A stretch of 64,000 nt of DNA from Acidobacteriota bacterium. Its GTDB lineage: Bacteria; Acidobacteriota; UBA890; WLXD01. A program made the position numbers and the translations under genes. Of the stretch, positions 17,494 through 27,259 are shown piece by piece; the stretch's first letter is position 1, and each line of letters begins with the position of its first letter. The stretch covers positions 3,680,001 to 3,744,000 of the forward strand of contig CBDFKD010000002.1 of assembly GCA_965248695.1 (NCBI GenBank). Direction: 5' to 3'. The notes below the pieces were generated by a model that did not search any database, was not told the DNA's origin, and was given only the letters and a program-made list of their open reading frames with translations.

Positions 17494-18779
17494 TTCGCAG
17501 CGCCGTGTTGGCGATGACCCTGTGGAGCGTCAGCGGGCAGCTGTCGCAGGTTGCCGCCCAGCAGACGAGTGCCGCTGCCGCCGCCGAGGCCCTTTTCGCG
17601 GAGGCTGAAGGATTCCTTCGCATGGGGCGTCTGCAGGAAGCACGTATGGGCTACGAGCGCGTCGTCGCCGAGTTCGACGCGGCGACGGCCGTATCGTGGC
17701 GTGCGGCGGCACGCGTGCGTCTCGGCGATCTGCGCTGGCGCGCCGGCGCGTATGCCCTCGCGGGCGGTGAGTATGTTCGGGTGCTCGAGCAGGAGCCACC
17801 AACGGCATGGACGTCGCGCGCCCGTCTGGGCCTCGCTGGGATCGCCCTGGTCGACGGCGATTGGGTGGGAGCGGCGGATCTGTTGCAGCGGGTGATCAAT
17901 GCCACCGAGGCGGGCCGCCCCGACGGGGATCGGGCCGCCGCGGCCGATGCACGTCAGCGTCTCGCGTTGATCCAGCGGTTTCGGCTACGGCCACGAAGCG
18001 GAACGCCGTATTGGACCTCGGCCGTCGTACTGCCGTCGCCGGGACACGAGCTGCGCCGCCCCGTTGCGTTGGCGGCCAGCAACGACGGTCAGCTCCTGGT
18101 TGTCGATGAGGGAATCGCAGCCGTGCTGTTGGTCTCCGCCGATGGGTCGCGGGTGAACCGACTCACGTTCGACGATCATCGGCGCCCATGGTGGGGCTTC
18201 GACGGCTTGCCGTATCTGCCAACGCGCAAGGCCGGAGTCATCGCGCTCGGTGGATCCAAGCTCAACTTCGTGGCCAACGAGGCCGCCCGCCGAGTGCCGC
18301 TAGAGGATTTGCAGAGCGGCGCGCGGACTCCCGCCGGCCACTGGTACCTGCTCGACTCCGACCCGCGCCGGGTGCTGCGATTCGCTCCCGAGGGAGGGTT
18401 CGATCGGCAGATCACCGGCAGCGGTGTCGAGCCGGTGGATCTGGTCGTCGACGGGCGCGGTCGGCTGCTGGTACTCGAGCGTCGGTTTGGCCGGGTCATA
18501 CGGTTCGATATCGAGGGCCGCGAGGACGTCGTGGTCGTGACGGGCAACTGGCGGCGGCCCGAGGCGATCGAGGTCGACGGCCTGGACAATATCTACGTGC
18601 TGGATCGAGACGCGAAGGTGATCGATGTGTTCGATGCCGACGGCAACCCGCTGGATCGACTGGGGCCCGACTTCCCCAGCGGCGTGGAGTTGCGAAGCCC
18701 ACGAGACCTCGCCGTCGATGGCACCGGGCGTGTCTACGTCGCCGATCGTGGCGCCGCAACCGTTTACATGATCCGATGA
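17478..18779 (+). CDS. Secreted TPR plus NHL/beta-propeller protein
   Basis: Signal peptide, TPR-like helices, repeats such as PVDLVVDGRGRLLV and PRDLAVDGTGRVYVADRG. Confidence 0.85.
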   Translation: MRRGLIRSAVLAMTLWSVSGQLSQVAAQQTSAAAAAEALFAEAEGFLRMGRLQEARMGYERVVAEFDAATAVSWRAAARVRLGDLRWRAGAYALAGGEYVRVLEQEPPTAWTSRARLGLAGIALVDGDWVGAADLLQRVINATEAGRPDGDRAAAADARQRLALIQRFRLRPRSGTPYWTSAVVLPSPGHELRRPVALAASNDGQLLVVDEGIAAVLLVSADGSRVNRLTFDDHRRPWWGFDGLPYLPTRKAGVIALGGSKLNFVANEAARRVPLEDLQSGARTPAGHWYLLDSDPRRVLRFAPEGGFDRQITGSGVEPVDLVVDGRGRLLVLERRFGRVIRFDIEGREDVVVVTGNWRRPEAIEVDGLDNIYVLDRDAKVIDVFDADGNPLDRLGPDFPSGVELRSPRDLAVDGTGRVYVADRGAATVYMIR

Positions 18780-20899
18780 GCCGGGCCTCGACCCTGGCGT
18801 GGTTCGCCCGGCAGTGTTGGCGTGGCGGCGTGGCGTTGACCCTGGTACTGGCGACCACCCCCGCGCCACAGGCAGCGGCGCAGGGCGGGCTCGAGCAGCT
18901 CGGCATTCTCTACTCGCGCGCCGAGACCATGATCCGCGCCGGCGACCACGAGGGCGCGATCGGCTTCCTCGATCGAATGATCGGGCAGTTCGATGAGGGT
19001 GCGCCACGGTCGGAGGCGTACCAGCTGCTCCTGAGGCGCGGCTTGATGTCGAGAGCGGAGGCTTTCTGGGAGGTCGGCCGGCGCGGCGAAGTCGACGAAG
19101 ATCTCGACCGGGTCATCGAGCTGGCGCCCGCGTTCGAGGTGGATCCCGAGTCGGTCTCTGACGACCTCGCGTCGCGCTTCCGTCGGCGCCGCGAGCGCAA
19201 GGTCGGATTCCTCCGCGTCGGACGCTTCCCTGCCCATCTGCGCGTCTCGGTTGACGGTCGCGAGCTCGAGGATCTCCCGGACATCCTGCCGGTGCTCGCT
19301 GGCGATCACGTTGTCGTGGGCCGGCTCCCCGGCTACGCGAGCCAGCGTGAGGAAGTGAGCGTACGCAACAACAGAACCGAGGGAGTCGGGCTGTCGCTGG
19401 AAAGGTCGAGTGCCACGCTGCGCCTGGCCACCGACCCACCGGGTGCGGTCATTGCGCTGAATGGAGACGTCATCGGCGCGACCCAGCAGTCGATGGTCAA
19501 CTCGGCAACGACCGTGTCGTTGCCGCTCATGGTCGATGGCCTGCTGCCCGGCTGGTACGACATCGAGGTGACCCTTGCCGAGCACCGAACGTTCCGACAG
19601 CGGTTGGAGGTCCCGGATCTGAGCGACTATGACCTCGGGGTCCTGCGCCTCGATGCGGCGCTGGGAATGCTGGTGCTGCGCGGTGTGTCGCCGGCCGCCA
19701 ACGTGTTCATCGACGGCGAGCTCGCCGAGCTGATGCGCCAGGACGGCGCCACCGATCAGGCTCGCGTGGAGCTCCCCGTCGGTGACCATCGCGTCATGGT
19801 CTCGATGCCGGGCACCGGCGTGTTCGAGATGCCGTTCCGTCTCGAGGACGGCACCACGCGAAGCTTGGAGGTGCGCCTGTTGCCGGGGATCGCCGTTCTC
19901 GGCGCCCGGGGTGGCGACGCGTTGGACCGCGACGAGGTGCTCGGTGATCTCATCAGCGAGCTCGGGAGCGCCAGCGGCTGGTACCGCATGGATCGCCGCG
20001 ACCGTTTGGCGGATCTGCAGTTGCAGGACGACGGCACGGTAAGCGCTGACGTGCAGCGGCGGCTGGAGCAGGAGATACCCGCCAGCGTGTTCGTAACCGT
20101 CGAGCTGGAATCGTCGTTCGCTGCCGAGGTCGTGCTGCGATTGTGGGCCGCCGGCTCGGGCCTGTCGCACGGCGAGGTACGGCTGCCACGCGGCGATCGA
20201 GTGGCGCTCGCGGCCTGGGTCGACGAGCTCGCCGCGCCGTTGCCCGCGGAGCGCTCCTGGATCGGCGCATTGATCGTCGATGGCGGGCTGGAGGGCGATG
20301 GGATCGTTGCCGAGCTGACGCCCAATGGCCCCGCGGCCGGTGCTGGACTGAACGTCGGTGATCGCGTTCTCACGATCGACGGGGCGCCGGTGGCCGGTGC
20401 TGCTGGGGTGGAAACAGCCTTAGGCTCCGCGGCACCGTTCGGCCGGCGAGCCATCGGCTATGAGCGCGGTGACTCGCAGGGGATCGCGAGCCTGACGCTG
20501 GGCTCCAGCCCGTCGTTGCGGACGGGTCTGGATCCAGCGCAGGCGGTAGTGCTGTGGGCGGCGGCGACGGCTGCGATGGGCGCCACCGACACCGCAGTGC
20601 CTCGCTGGGTGCTACAGATGCAGATGGCCCACCTGCTGCTGGAGCAGAACGAGCTCGAAGGGGCGATCGACATACTGCGGCAGGTGCGTGCCCCCGCCGA
20701 TGCACCCTTCGGCGTCGGGGCGGTGGACTACTGGCTTGGAGTTGCCCTGGCCGCGCGTACGGGCGACGACGTGCAGACGGCTCGCCAGGCGCTGACCCGG
20801 GCGGTAGCCGCCGCCGATGCGCGCCTCTTCCACAACGACGGGCCGCGCCTCGCGACGCGCGCGCGGGTGCGATTGGCAGAGCTCGAGACACAGAACTGA
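18776..20899 (+). CDS. Secreted TPR-PEGA-PDZ protein
   Basis: ATGA overlap with the upstream gene; signal peptide; PEGA-like TDPPGAVIALNG; PDZ PNGPAAGAGLNVGDRVLTIDG. Confidence 0.8.
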   Translation: MSRASTLAWFARQCWRGGVALTLVLATTPAPQAAAQGGLEQLGILYSRAETMIRAGDHEGAIGFLDRMIGQFDEGAPRSEAYQLLLRRGLMSRAEAFWEVGRRGEVDEDLDRVIELAPAFEVDPESVSDDLASRFRRRRERKVGFLRVGRFPAHLRVSVDGRELEDLPDILPVLAGDHVVVGRLPGYASQREEVSVRNNRTEGVGLSLERSSATLRLATDPPGAVIALNGDVIGATQQSMVNSATTVSLPLMVDGLLPGWYDIEVTLAEHRTFRQRLEVPDLSDYDLGVLRLDAALGMLVLRGVSPAANVFIDGELAELMRQDGATDQARVELPVGDHRVMVSMPGTGVFEMPFRLEDGTTRSLEVRLLPGIAVLGARGGDALDRDEVLGDLISELGSASGWYRMDRRDRLADLQLQDDGTVSADVQRRLEQEIPASVFVTVELESSFAAEVVLRLWAAGSGLSHGEVRLPRGDRVALAAWVDELAAPLPAERSWIGALIVDGGLEGDGIVAELTPNGPAAGAGLNVGDRVLTIDGAPVAGAAGVETALGSAAPFGRRAIGYERGDSQGIASLTLGSSPSLRTGLDPAQAVVLWAAATAAMGATDTAVPRWVLQMQMAHLLLEQNELEGAIDILRQVRAPADAPFGVGAVDYWLGVALAARTGDDVQTARQALTRAVAAADARLFHNDGPRLATRARVRLAELETQN

Positions 20900-20935
20900 A
20901 GGTGCCGACGCAGGGGCTCGAGGGGCTTTTCACGC

Positions 20936-21910
20936 ATGCGCTATCTGTCAGCCGCCGATCTTGACCGCGCGCTCCCCATGGACGCAGCCATCGACGCGAT
21001 GGAGGCCGTCTTCGCTGCCTCGGCTGGCGGACAGACCGAGGTTCCCGACCGCACCGTGATTCGTGGCGTGCGCAACGACGGCACGGACTCGCTGCTGCTC
21101 ACCATGCCTGCCGGCTGGCGGGGCCGCGGCGCCGGCGCCAAGGTCTCGAGCTTCATCGCCGACAACCCGGCGCGCGGGCTGGCCGCGGTACAGGGAATCG
21201 CGGTGCTCTTCGATACCGATAGCGGAAGCCCTGTGATGCTCACCAACGCGGCGGCGCTCACCGTGCGGCGAACCGCGGCAATGGTCGGTTTGGCGACGCG
21301 CGCCCTGGCCCGCGCCGACTCCAAGCGCCTGGCGATCATTGGTACGGGGGCCCTGGCTGCCGACATGATCGCCGCAGTACGCTGCGTGCGGCCGATCGAT
21401 AGCGTCGTCGCATTCAACCGGACCGCTGACAAGGCGCGCGCGCTGATGGATAGCCTGACGATCCCGGGTGCGGTTGCCGCTACGCCGGAGGATGCCGCAC
21501 GTGAGGCCGATATTCTCGTGCTGGCGACGTCCTCGACGACGCCAGTGGTGGCCGACGCCTCGATCTTGGCGGGCACGCACATCAACGCCGTCGGCAACTT
21601 CTCGCCGCAGGGAACCGAGCTCCCGTTGGAAACCGTGACGCGTTGCACGATCTTTGTGGATAGCTATGAGAGCGCGCTCTCGGAGGCCGGTGACCTGATC
21701 CTGGCGGCGGAGCGTGGCCTGATCGCTGCGGGCGCGGCCGGTGTTCAGGGAGATCTGGCGGAGATGTCGGCCGGTGCCGTGGCGTTGCGCTCGAGTGCCG
21801 AGGAGATCACCTTGTTCAAGAGCGTCGGGACGGCTCTGGCCGATCTCGGGGCGCTCTGGGCTGCCAATCACATGGCGGCGGAGTCGGATATCGGCATCCA
21901 ACTCGATTGA
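20936..21910 (+). CDS. Ornithine cyclodeaminase/mu-crystallin family protein
   Basis: LTVRRTAA, IIGTGALA, HINAVG, ITLFKSVG. Confidence 0.92.
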   Translation: MRYLSAADLDRALPMDAAIDAMEAVFAASAGGQTEVPDRTVIRGVRNDGTDSLLLTMPAGWRGRGAGAKVSSFIADNPARGLAAVQGIAVLFDTDSGSPVMLTNAAALTVRRTAAMVGLATRALARADSKRLAIIGTGALAADMIAAVRCVRPIDSVVAFNRTADKARALMDSLTIPGAVAATPEDAAREADILVLATSSTTPVVADASILAGTHINAVGNFSPQGTELPLETVTRCTIFVDSYESALSEAGDLILAAERGLIAAGAAGVQGDLAEMSAGAVALRSSAEEITLFKSVGTALADLGALWAANHMAAESDIGIQLD

Positions 21911-22004
21911 GCCTCGCGGTTCGTCTTGTGAGCGACCTACCACGCGTCTATCCTCACTAGTGAAGATCACGCACCATCGTACCGACCCGCTCCGGAGCGT
22001 TTCC

Positions 22005-22388
22005 ATGGAACCCACAGCCAGCGAGCAACCCACAGGCGCGGCCCCGCTGCCGAGTTCGACGGGACCGCTTGTATTCACCGACGCGGCAATCGCCAAGGTT
22101 CGCGAGTTCCTGCAGACGAAGCCCGAGGCGCAAGACAAGATGCTGCGGATCTTCGTTCAGGGCGGCGGTTGTTCGGGGTTCGAGTACGGGTTCACCTTCG
22201 ACGAGCACAAGGAAGGCGACCTGGTGATCCCCCAGGGTGACATCGAGGTGCTGCTCGACTCCTTCAGCCTCCCGTACCTTGAGGGCTGCCACGTCGACTA
22301 TACGGACACCCTCATGGGTAGCGGCTTCTCGGTGAAGAACCCGAACGCCACCGGAACCTGTGGCTGCGGGCACTCGTTCTCGGCCTGA
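22005..22388 (+). CDS. erpA: A-type Fe-S carrier (HesB/IscA/ErpA family)
   Basis: LRIFVQGGGCSGFEYGFTFD, NPNATGTCGCGHSF. Confidence 0.9.
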   Translation: MEPTASEQPTGAAPLPSSTGPLVFTDAAIAKVREFLQTKPEAQDKMLRIFVQGGGCSGFEYGFTFDEHKEGDLVIPQGDIEVLLDSFSLPYLEGCHVDYTDTLMGSGFSVKNPNATGTCGCGHSFSA

Positions 22389-22460
22389 GGAAGTCGGCGC
22401 CGGCGCGGCAACCGGGACCTGTCGCATCGCCACTCCTGTTCGTGCGTGCCGACGCCCGGG

Positions 22461-23216
22461 TTAGCTTCTCGGCTTGGTGCCCCAGTGGAGGGCGACAGTG
22501 CCCAGGGTCAGGAGGCGGTATTCGACATCGGTGAAGCTGGCCTGGGCGAGGATGGCGGCGAAGGAGTCAGGATTCTCCCAGGCATCGATGCTGCGGTTCA
22601 GATAGTCGAAGGGGACCGCGCTGCCGGTCAGCCAGCGGCCAACCCTGGGGACGATGGCTCGGGTGTAAAGACGATGACCCCAGCGCACCGGTGCTAGTGG
22701 CGGGTCGCAGAATTCGAGGATCACGAGCCGACCGCCGGGCTTGAGCACCCGGTAAGCCTCGTCCAGCACGGGACGCAGGATGGGGCGCACGTTGCGCATG
22801 GCGAAGGCCGAAAGAGCGCCGTCGAACCTGGCCTCACGGTAGGGGAGGGCGTCGGCGCTGGCGACATGGAAGGGCACCCGGAGGTGGGTTGCCGAACGCT
22901 TCTCGACGGCGGCGCGGATCATGGCCCCGGCGAAGTCGACGCCCACGGCTCGATGGCCGGACGCAGCTGAGGCCAGTGCCAGGTCGCCGGTTCCAGTGGC
23001 GATATCGAGCACGGCGCTGCCAGCGGGGACTGCTAGCTGCTGGATCGCGGCGCGCCGCCAGCCAGCGTCCATGCCGAGGCTGGCCCAGCGGTTGAACGCG
23101 TCATACCGCGGGGCGATGCCATCGAACATCTGCCGGACGGCGCCGGTGAACGATCCGCCGGCCGCCTCGACGCGGTCGGGTGCAATGCCGCTGTCATGAT
23201 CGAGTTCTTTGCCCAC
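22461..23216 (-). CDS. menG: Demethylmenaquinone methyltransferase
   Basis: MFDGIAPRYD, LDIATGTGD, RVLKPGGRLVILEF. Confidence 0.9.
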   Translation of the reverse strand: MGKELDHDSGIAPDRVEAAGGSFTGAVRQMFDGIAPRYDAFNRWASLGMDAGWRRAAIQQLAVPAGSAVLDIATGTGDLALASAASGHRAVGVDFAGAMIRAAVEKRSATHLRVPFHVASADALPYREARFDGALSAFAMRNVRPILRPVLDEAYRVLKPGGRLVILEFCDPPLAPVRWGHRLYTRAIVPRVGRWLTGSAVPFDYLNRSIDAWENPDSFAAILAQASFTDVEYRLLTLGTVALHWGTKPRS

Positions 23217-23323
23217 GATCAGAGAGCGTGCCAGAATACGCTTTCTTCTGCCGCACGCGGGCCCGGCCGGCCCGTGCGCGCCGGTGTCGGCTCTCCCGAC
23301 CGGGCGCCCTCGGAGGTCCAGAG

Positions 23324-23629
23324 TTGACTGATTTTCTGACCGTGGCGACGGTTGCCGACCTGGCGGAAGGTAGCGGCAAGACGATCGAGATCGGGCAGCG
23401 TCAGATCGCGCTGTTCAACGTTGGCGGCACGTTCTACGCCGTCGAGAATACCTGCTGTCACCGCGGCGGCCCGGTAGGCGACGGCGATGTCGTCGGCACG
23501 GTGGTCAGCTGCCCGTGGCACGGATGGTGCTTCGATCTGGATAGCGGTGCGTGCCTCAATTCTCCAGGAGATCGGCTGCGGACCTATGATGTCGTGGTCG
23601 AGGGCAGCGAAGTGCGCGTCAGGCTATGA
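23324..23629 (+). CDS. Rieske-type ferredoxin
   Basis: CCHRGGP...CPWHGWCFD; TTG start with GGAGG SD. Confidence 0.9.
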   Translation: MTDFLTVATVADLAEGSGKTIEIGQRQIALFNVGGTFYAVENTCCHRGGPVGDGDVVGTVVSCPWHGWCFDLDSGACLNSPGDRLRTYDVVVEGSEVRVRL

Positions 23630-23665
23630 GGATCTGTTCGCTCCGTCGCGGACGTTCTAAACTGG

Positions 23666-24361
23666 GTGATCGATACCGGCGGCACGCCGATGCAACCTGA
23701 TGGAGCAATAGCGGTGGTGAAGAAAGCCAGGGTCACGCGGGAGCGCGAGGTCAGGCTGTACCAGAACGACTTCCTCGAGTCGCTGACCCGCGTTCATCCA
23801 GTCGTACCGATCTCCATATGGGGGCCGGTGGCGCTAGGGCTCATCTATCTCGGGTACGCGCGCGGCTTGTCGGCCGAGACAGTGGTGGCGCTGTCGGTGT
23901 TCGGCGCGTTCTCGTGGACGTTCGCCGAGTACTGCCTGCACCGGTGGATATTCCACTGGGAGCCGCGGCACCCGAAGCTCAAGGAGTTTTTCTACCCGCT
24001 GCACCAACTGCATCACGATGTGCAGGAGTGGGACCGGCTGCTCGCCCCGCCGATGATGGCGGTGCCGCTGTACTTGATTCTGATGTCCCTGGGCTACTGG
24101 ATCCTCGGTACGCCGACGTTGTTTCCCTTCTGGGGTGGCTTCACGATCGGCTATCTGTGCTACGACTACATTCACTTCTACACGCACTTCGTGAAGCCGA
24201 AGAATCGCATCGGAATGGGGTTGCGCAAACGCCACCTGCAGCACCATTTTTCCGCTGAAGAGCGTTGGTATGGCGTCAGCTCGCCGCTCTGGGACTACGT
24301 GTTCCGCACGCACGTGCCGCGTGACCAGCGACCGTTCGAGGCCGGACCCCGGCGCGACTAG
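23666..24361 (+). CDS. Fatty acid hydroxylase (FA2H/sterol desaturase superfamily)
   Basis: His boxes HRWIFH, HQLHH, HFYTH, HLQHH; YGVSSPLWDYVF. Confidence 0.9.
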   Translation: MIDTGGTPMQPDGAIAVVKKARVTREREVRLYQNDFLESLTRVHPVVPISIWGPVALGLIYLGYARGLSAETVVALSVFGAFSWTFAEYCLHRWIFHWEPRHPKLKEFFYPLHQLHHDVQEWDRLLAPPMMAVPLYLILMSLGYWILGTPTLFPFWGGFTIGYLCYDYIHFYTHFVKPKNRIGMGLRKRHLQHHFSAEERWYGVSSPLWDYVFRTHVPRDQRPFEAGPRRD

Positions 24362-24396
24362 TGGCCTGGAAACAGATGATCGCTACAGGCCACTAG
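24358..24396. mobile_element. Collapsed MITE (both ends, interior deleted)
   Basis: ctagtggcctg-gaaacagatgatcgcta-caggccactag; overlaps the TAG of the hydroxylase. Confidence 0.85.
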
Positions 24397-24399
24397 TCC

Positions 24400-25002
24400 C
24401 TACTGCTGCTGCTTGAAGGGAGCGCGGCTCAACAGCGGCGATGTCAGTGAGCGCGTCGCGGTGCCTGTTTCGACGACCTCGACGGGTACCGTCGTCGTGG
24501 TCTCCGCCGGCGCAAAGCAGGCCTCGTCGTTGCAGGCCTGGTACAGGACAGTGAATTCCAGGTTGCGGTAGCCGAGCGCGGCCGTTTCCGTCACCTCGAG
24601 CTCAACGCCGGCAACCACGGACCCCTCCCACACGCGCAGTGGCCCATCCCAGAAGCCGAATGTGAGCTCGTGGGCGGGTGGGTAGAAGACCTCGCCGATA
24701 TCGAAGCCGGCGGCCGACTCCGCCAGGCTTATGTCGGTGGCGATGAGGAAGTCCTCGGATGCCGGATTGGCGTTGACGTGGAACCCCTCGGCGACCCGGA
24801 TCTCGACCGCGGCCCGCAGCGTGGAACCGCGTGCCACCGGGCTCGTGGCGACAACGGCGGTCGCATCGGCCCTATCGCCCACCAGTTGCATGGCGGCGAC
24901 GTAGGCTGGCAACAGCAGAAAGATGGCGGCGGCCGTGGCGGCGCAGCCTCGAACCGTTTGCGCCCGCGGGCGGCGCTCGGACAGCCGCCTAGTCCGTCGC
25001 AT
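24400..25002 (-). CDS. Stand-alone DsbD N-terminal-domain protein
   Basis: Signal peptide, GFHVNANP, YQACNDEACFAP. Confidence 0.8.
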   Translation of the reverse strand: MRRTRRLSERRPRAQTVRGCAATAAAIFLLLPAYVAAMQLVGDRADATAVVATSPVARGSTLRAAVEIRVAEGFHVNANPASEDFLIATDISLAESAAGFDIGEVFYPPAHELTFGFWDGPLRVWEGSVVAGVELEVTETAALGYRNLEFTVLYQACNDEACFAPAETTTTVPVEVVETGTATRSLTSPLLSRAPFKQQQ

Positions 25003-27073
25003 CCTCGGCTCGCTTGCTGGCCTCGATGACCTTCTGGGCGACGTTCGGTGGCACGTCGTCGTAGCGCGAGAACTCCATCGTGTACGTGCCGCGGCCGCCG
25101 GTGAGCGAGTTGAGCTCGACGGCGTAGCTGAGCAGCTCGGCGAGCGGCGCCTCGGCGTGGATGATCTGACGGTTCTTGCGTGGATCCATGCCCTGCACGC
25201 GCCCACGCCGGGAGTTGAGGTCGCCCATCACGTCGCCCATGGAGTCGTCCGGCACGTTGATCTCGAGCTTCATGATCGGTTCCAGCAGCACTGGCCGGGC
25301 TCGCGGCAGGGCCTCCTTGAACGCTATGGAACCGGCGATCTTGAAGGCCATCTCCGACGAGTCGACGTTGTGCTCCTTGCCGTCGATCAGCTGCACCTTG
25401 AAGTCGACCATCGGGTAGCCGGCGAGCACGCCGCGCGCCGACGCCTCGGCGATACCCTTCTCGACCGCCGGACGATAGGACTGCGAGATCGACCCGCCGA
25501 AGATCTTGTCCTCGAACTGGAAGCCGCTGCCCGCCGGCAGCGGACCAATGGTGATCTTGGCGACGCCGAACTGCCCACGGCCGCCGGATTGCTTCTTGTG
25601 GCGCCCCTCCGCCTCGGCGGTGCCGCGGATGGTCTCGCGGTAGGGAACCTTGGGCGGATGCAGCTTGGCATTCACGCCGTAGCGCCGCTTCATCTTCGCC
25701 AGCGTCACCTCGACGTGCAGCTGTCCGATTCCCGACAGCAGCAGCTCGTGGGTCTGTGGGTCGCGCTCCACGGCGAGTGTCGGATCCTCGTCCTTGAGGC
25801 GCGCGATGGCGTTGCTGATCTTCTCCTCGTCGCCCTTGCTCTCGGGCTCGAGGGCGAACGAGATCGCCGCCTTGGGGAACGCGACGTGCTCGACCATGGC
25901 CTTGCTTCCCTTGTCGCGCAACGTGTCGGAGGTGCCGGTGTCCTTGAGCTTGGTGACCGCGAAGATCTGTCCCGCCACCGCCTCGTCGAGCGGTTCGAGT
26001 TGTTTGCCCTGTACCGAGGACATGTTGGAGAGCCGCTCGTTGGATCCCGTGCGCGCGTTGACGACGGTGCCGTCGGCCTTGGCGCTGCCGGAGAACGCCT
26101 TGACGTAGTTGATACGACCGGCGAAGGCGTCGGAGACGGTCTTGAACACCAGACCGGCGAAGGGAGCGCTGCTATCGGCGTCGATCCACACGTCCTCGCC
26201 ATCCTCGCGGGCCAGCAGCTGCTGGCGATCGGTCGGAGCCGGGAGCAAGTTGACACATGCGTCCAGGACGCGATCCGTACCGATGTTGCGTGCCCCGGAG
26301 ATGCAGAGCACCGGGAAGAGACGCATTTGGATCACTGCCTGGCGGACACCCTCGATAAGCTGATCGCCCGTGAGGTCGCCCTCCTCGAAATAGATCTCCA
26401 TGAGTGCTTCGTTGCTCTCGGCGACCATCTCGACGAGCGCCTCACGCGCCGCCGTTGCCGCCTCCTGCATGTCATCGGGCACATCGCCCGGGGCGCCCTT
26501 GCCGTTGCCGTCGGCAGTGTAGGTGTAGGCCTTCATATCGAGCAGGTCCACGACGCCGGTGAAGTCGTGCGCCTCGCCGATCGGCAGCTGCAGGGCCACT
26601 ACCTCGCGGCCGAACGAATCTACGCAGGACTCGAGGGCGCGCTCGAACGAGCTGTTCTCGCGATCCAAACGGTTGATGACCACGACCCCCGGTATCTTGA
26701 GGTCGCGCCTATATTCCCAGACCTTCTCGGTCATCACCTCGGCGCCCGAAACAGCGTCGACGGTGAGCAGCGTACCGTCGACCACTCGTACGGCGCCCTT
26801 GGTCTCTGCGCGGAAAACCGCGTACCCAGGAGTGTCGACGAACGTAATGTTCGACTCACCCCATTGCGCGTGGGCGAGACCGACCTGGATCGAGATCTGA
26901 CGATCGATCTCCTCATCATCGAAGTCGGTGGTCGAGTGGCCTTCCTCGACCCGGCCGAGCCGGCTTACGGCGCCACTGGTGTACAGGCACGCTGACACCA
27001 GCGTCGTCTTGCCGGTATCGCCGTGCCCGATAACACCTACGTTACGAAGATCCTCGCTCGCGAACTTAGCCAT
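24989..27073 (-). CDS. fusA: Elongation factor G-like protein (EF-G2 type)
   Basis: GHGDTGKTT, DTPG, KKQSGGRGQFG, VDSSEMAFKIA, DLNSRRG; divergent G1 motif suggests the EF-G2 paralogue. Confidence 0.92.
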   Translation of the reverse strand: MAKFASEDLRNVGVIGHGDTGKTTLVSACLYTSGAVSRLGRVEEGHSTTDFDDEEIDRQISIQVGLAHAQWGESNITFVDTPGYAVFRAETKGAVRVVDGTLLTVDAVSGAEVMTEKVWEYRRDLKIPGVVVINRLDRENSSFERALESCVDSFGREVVALQLPIGEAHDFTGVVDLLDMKAYTYTADGNGKGAPGDVPDDMQEAATAAREALVEMVAESNEALMEIYFEEGDLTGDQLIEGVRQAVIQMRLFPVLCISGARNIGTDRVLDACVNLLPAPTDRQQLLAREDGEDVWIDADSSAPFAGLVFKTVSDAFAGRINYVKAFSGSAKADGTVVNARTGSNERLSNMSSVQGKQLEPLDEAVAGQIFAVTKLKDTGTSDTLRDKGSKAMVEHVAFPKAAISFALEPESKGDEEKISNAIARLKDEDPTLAVERDPQTHELLLSGIGQLHVEVTLAKMKRRYGVNAKLHPPKVPYRETIRGTAEAEGRHKKQSGGRGQFGVAKITIGPLPAGSGFQFEDKIFGGSISQSYRPAVEKGIAEASARGVLAGYPMVDFKVQLIDGKEHNVDSSEMAFKIAGSIAFKEALPRARPVLLEPIMKLEINVPDDSMGDVMGDLNSRRGRVQGMDPRKNRQIIHAEAPLAELLSYAVELNSLTGGRGTYTMEFSRYDDVPPNVAQKVIEASKRAEDATD

Positions 27074-27259
27074 GCCTACCCTTGCTCCATAGTTTCAGGG
27101 TAGCGCCGCCAACGGGCACGCAGCGGGGCTAGGGGCGGGCCGTGCGAGCTGACGTAGTCGGTCGGCGCGAAGACTGCGCGAAAGGGCGGGATGGTACCAC
27201 GGCCGCGGCGAACTTCGTCCAGTTGGCTGTACCGTACTGTCCGTGACTGCCAGCGCGGC

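Noticed and set aside
18188-18775. N-terminal 196 aa of the 903-aa ORF
   Set aside because: Overlaps the NHL gene in another frame; the ATG at 18776 with a signal peptide and ATGA overlap is the better start
22694-22701. ctagtggc resembling a MITE end
   Set aside because: Only 8 bp, inside the menG coding sequence, with no partner end
24923-26995. 690-aa ORF antisense to EF-G, and similar long shadow ORFs elsewhere
   Set aside because: Typical antisense open frames of high-GC codon usage; no motifs
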